A stretch of 26,295 nucleotides of DNA from a virus (taxonomy: Duplodnaviria > Caudoviricetes). The notes under the pieces were generated by a model that was not told the DNA's origin, searched no databases, and worked only from the letters and a program-made list of their open reading frames with translations. Both the position numbers and the translations under genes were made by a program. Shown piece by piece: positions 24,173-26,295 of this stretch (within the stretch, counting starts at the first letter, position 1; every line of letters begins with the position of its first letter). The stretch is taken from the IMG/VR virus record IMGVR_UViG_3300032237_000052, positions 1-26,295 of that record; one strand, written 5' to 3'.

Positions 24173-24607
24173 ATGGCAAGAGTTAAAGCAACAGAATCAA
24201 GAGAAGAAGATCCGTTGATTAAAGATGCAAGAGAATATTCTTTTTTAAAACAACAGATTGATTTCCTTGAGAAGCAACAGAAGGAAGTACGTGAACGTCT
24301 ATTTGCAACCCTTGATGAACTAGGTGAAGTAGACGACAAAGGAAACGTCATCATTGAATTACCTGAAGAGGTAAATGGATTTGGTGCTGTTGTAAAGCAG
24401 CGTCGTGTATCACGAAAGATCGATGAACTTGTTGCAGATGAAATCATTACTGAAAAAGGTATGGAAGAACAACTGTACAAAACAATTCGTGTTGTAGATG
24501 AAGATGCGTTAATGGCTGCTCTCTACAATGATGAACTAACAGAAGCAGAGATTGACCTAATGTATCCACAGAAGATTGTGTGGGCATTGGTTATGAATAA
24601 GAGATAA
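24173..24607 (+). CDS. hypothetical coiled-coil protein
   Basis: N-terminal heptads; GGGGGA SD. Confidence 0.75.
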   Translation: MARVKATESREEDPLIKDAREYSFLKQQIDFLEKQQKEVRERLFATLDELGEVDDKGNVIIELPEEVNGFGAVVKQRRVSRKIDELVADEIITEKGMEEQLYKTIRVVDEDALMAALYNDELTEAEIDLMYPQKIVWALVMNKR

Positions 24608-24610
24608 CAC

Positions 24611-25087
24611 ATGGCTGGATTACGTGGACAAGACGAGATTGATGCAGCATTTGCTGACCTTGAATACATTCCTGGTTCAAAGAAGAAGCGTCGTGAGTTA
24701 GATCCAAAAGTTTCTCGTCGTAAAAGCGGTGAGAGTAATGGCTGGGATGCAAACCCAGTCATTAAAACATTAGGTGGAGTAGAGACAGAGGTGTTCACGA
24801 TCGGTGCGTTAGCACTTGCATTGGAGAAGACGATTGTCACTATCCGTTTATGGGAACGCAAGGGATACATTCCTCGTGCTCCATACCGTCTTCGGTCTAA
24901 GACACTGAAAGGTGAGAAGACTGGAGGCAACCGAGTTTATACTCGTGCACTCATAGAATCTTCGATTGAAGAGTTCAATCGTAGAGGACTACTAGGTTCT
25001 GCTCGTGTAGAGTGGAGCCAACACGAAGACCTAACAGATGCTTTAGTAAAGCGCTGGAAGGAAATCACATCCACCGAGAGCCGTTAG
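24611..25087 (+). CDS. MerR-like HTH DNA-binding protein
   Basis: FTIGALALALEKTIVTIRLWERKGYIP...RVYT. Confidence 0.75.
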   Translation: MAGLRGQDEIDAAFADLEYIPGSKKKRRELDPKVSRRKSGESNGWDANPVIKTLGGVETEVFTIGALALALEKTIVTIRLWERKGYIPRAPYRLRSKTLKGEKTGGNRVYTRALIESSIEEFNRRGLLGSARVEWSQHEDLTDALVKRWKEITSTESR

Positions 25088-25110
25088 GCCTCATTACCAG
25101 AAAGAAATAA

Positions 25111-25758
25111 ATGCCAATTACAAAACCACAGGTAGATGCAGACGCATACCTCGACGAGGATAGCGAAACTGCAGTTCCTAAAGTAGGAACAACCGTACAA
25201 GAAGGATGGGATGCAATCGATGCTCTCGTCTCAAAGTCAGAAGGAGATTTTCCAACTGACTTCCGTTTCTCCGAAGAACCACAACTTGTAAAGTTCCTCG
25301 AAGATCGTCCATTTGCTTCATACGAACAACACTGGATTGAACGCCCTAAGGGTAAGAAGTCCTTTGTTTGCTTGGGCGATAACTGCCCACTATGCGATGT
25401 ACTAGGTGATAAGCCTCGTGGAAAGTTCGCATTCAATGTCCTTGTTCTCAGTGGTGAGACACAAGGCGTTCAAATTCTTACAGCACCACCATCACTTGCT
25501 CGTCAGATTAAGAAGGCGCACGATGATGAGCGCAAGGGACCTCTTGATAAAGAGTTCTGGGAAATTTCTCGACTAGGTATGGGCCCAACTACGCAGTACA
25601 CCCTCAACTTCGTTCGTGGCCGAGATCTAGCAGAGGAATGGAAGTTAAGCAGTGACGCTGTCAATGAACTTGTAGCAGCCGCTGTTCCGTTCACAGCAGA
25701 AGTAATTAGGGAGACCCCTCGCTCCGAAATGCTTGAGGTTGCTCGCTCTGTAGCGTAA
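25111..25758 (+). CDS. single-stranded DNA-binding protein (gp32-like)
   Basis: HW...SFVCLGDNCPLC zinc motif, FAFNV and ISRLGMGPTTQY; directly upstream of the polymerase. Confidence 0.7.
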   Translation: MPITKPQVDADAYLDEDSETAVPKVGTTVQEGWDAIDALVSKSEGDFPTDFRFSEEPQLVKFLEDRPFASYEQHWIERPKGKKSFVCLGDNCPLCDVLGDKPRGKFAFNVLVLSGETQGVQILTAPPSLARQIKKAHDDERKGPLDKEFWEISRLGMGPTTQYTLNFVRGRDLAEEWKLSSDAVNELVAAAVPFTAEVIRETPRSEMLEVARSVA

Positions 25759-25770
25759 CTGTACTTCCAA

Positions 25771-25810
25771 GAGAAGGGGTCTGTTTACTTCCGTTTCCAG
25801 GCCCCTTCTC
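25771..25810 (+). promoter_or_regulatory. 13-bp stem-loop without a U tail upstream of the DNA polymerase
   Basis: GAGAAGGGGTCTG / CAGGCCCCTTCTC (one G-U pair) with a 14-nt pyrimidine-rich loop. Confidence 0.7.
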
Positions 25811-25830
25811 ACTATAAAGATTGAGGGATC

Positions 25831-26295
25831 ATGAATATCATTACAACAAAAGAACAATTAAAAGATCTTGTTGAGTTTTACTCCAAGGTAGACGCATTCG
25901 CATTCGATGTGGAAACAGTTGGCGAAAATAGAATCCAACCTGTAGTAAATGATGTGATGTGGCTTTCCTTAGCAACAGATGGTCGCACCGATGTTATACC
26001 GATGGGTCACCCTAATGGTGAGTTCCTTCGATGGGATAAAGAATTACTTCTTAGTGGTCAACGTAAACTTGCTGCAGGTAAAGAGTTAAAGGATGCAGAT
26101 TACTCAAAGAACGAAGCCAAGTGGACTCCAGTATTTGACGCACCTCCAACACAACTTCTTCCTGGAGATGTATTCAAAGCATTAAAGCCTTTGTTCTTTA
26201 GTGACAAGTTAAAGATTGGTCACAACGTAAAGTTTGACTTGAAGTCAATCGCTAAGTATTACCGTGGGCAAGTTCCAGAGAAGCCATTCTTTGAC
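25831..26295 (+). CDS. polA: family A DNA polymerase, N-terminal 3'-5' exonuclease domain (3'-truncated)
   Basis: Manual translation MNIITTKEQL...FAFDVETVG (ExoI)...IGHNVKFDLK (ExoII); GAGGGA SD; open to the window end. Confidence 0.85.
   Translation, partial: MNIITTKEQLKDLVEFYSKVDAFAFDVETVGENRIQPVVNDVMWLSLATDGRTDVIPMGHPNGEFLRWDKELLLSGQRKLAAGKELKDADYSKNEAKWTPVFDAPPTQLLPGDVFKALKPLFFSDKLKIGHNVKFDLKSIAKYYRGQVPEKPFFD

Noticed and set aside
1-26295. tRNAs, introns/inteins, DGR/retron elements, stop-codon recoding
   Set aside because: No cloverleaf, RT gene or intein-sized insertion was seen. Genes are full length under the standard code, and TAA, TAG and TGA all serve as stops.

Overview
A single-strand (+) fragment of a tailed dsDNA phage with a contractile tail (myovirus morphotype). 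The host is probably an Actinobacterium; this is inferred from a leaderless extended -10 promoter, carbohydrate-binding-module tail proteins and an actinophage-like zinc-finger gene. In order, the window holds: (1) 1-1121, seven tightly coupled, very small, lysine-rich ORFs, most missed by the ORF track. Among them is a 33-aa, 8-Cys metallothionein-like peptide, and two peptides start with a HypB-type MCxxCGC metal motif. An intrinsic terminator closes the cluster. (2) A free-standing HNH endonuclease. (3) 1810-16478, a neck/tail/baseplate module: sheath, tube, gp26-like chaperone with a probable frameshift partner, tape measure carrying M23 peptidase and lytic transglycosylase domains, LysM protein, hub, gp25, baseplate J, a relocated minimal spike, and fibre/CBM proteins. 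(4) A holin-like gene. (5) 16768-26295, a replication module: HTH initiator with a probable internal origin, DnaC-like loader, SWIM protein, DnaB, DnaG, SNF2 helicase, MerR-like HTH, gp32-like SSB and the start of a family A DNA polymerase. The strongest candidate for an undescribed system is the basic, Cys-motif micro-protein cassette at 1-1121. All product calls come from motif recognition by eye, not from database searches.
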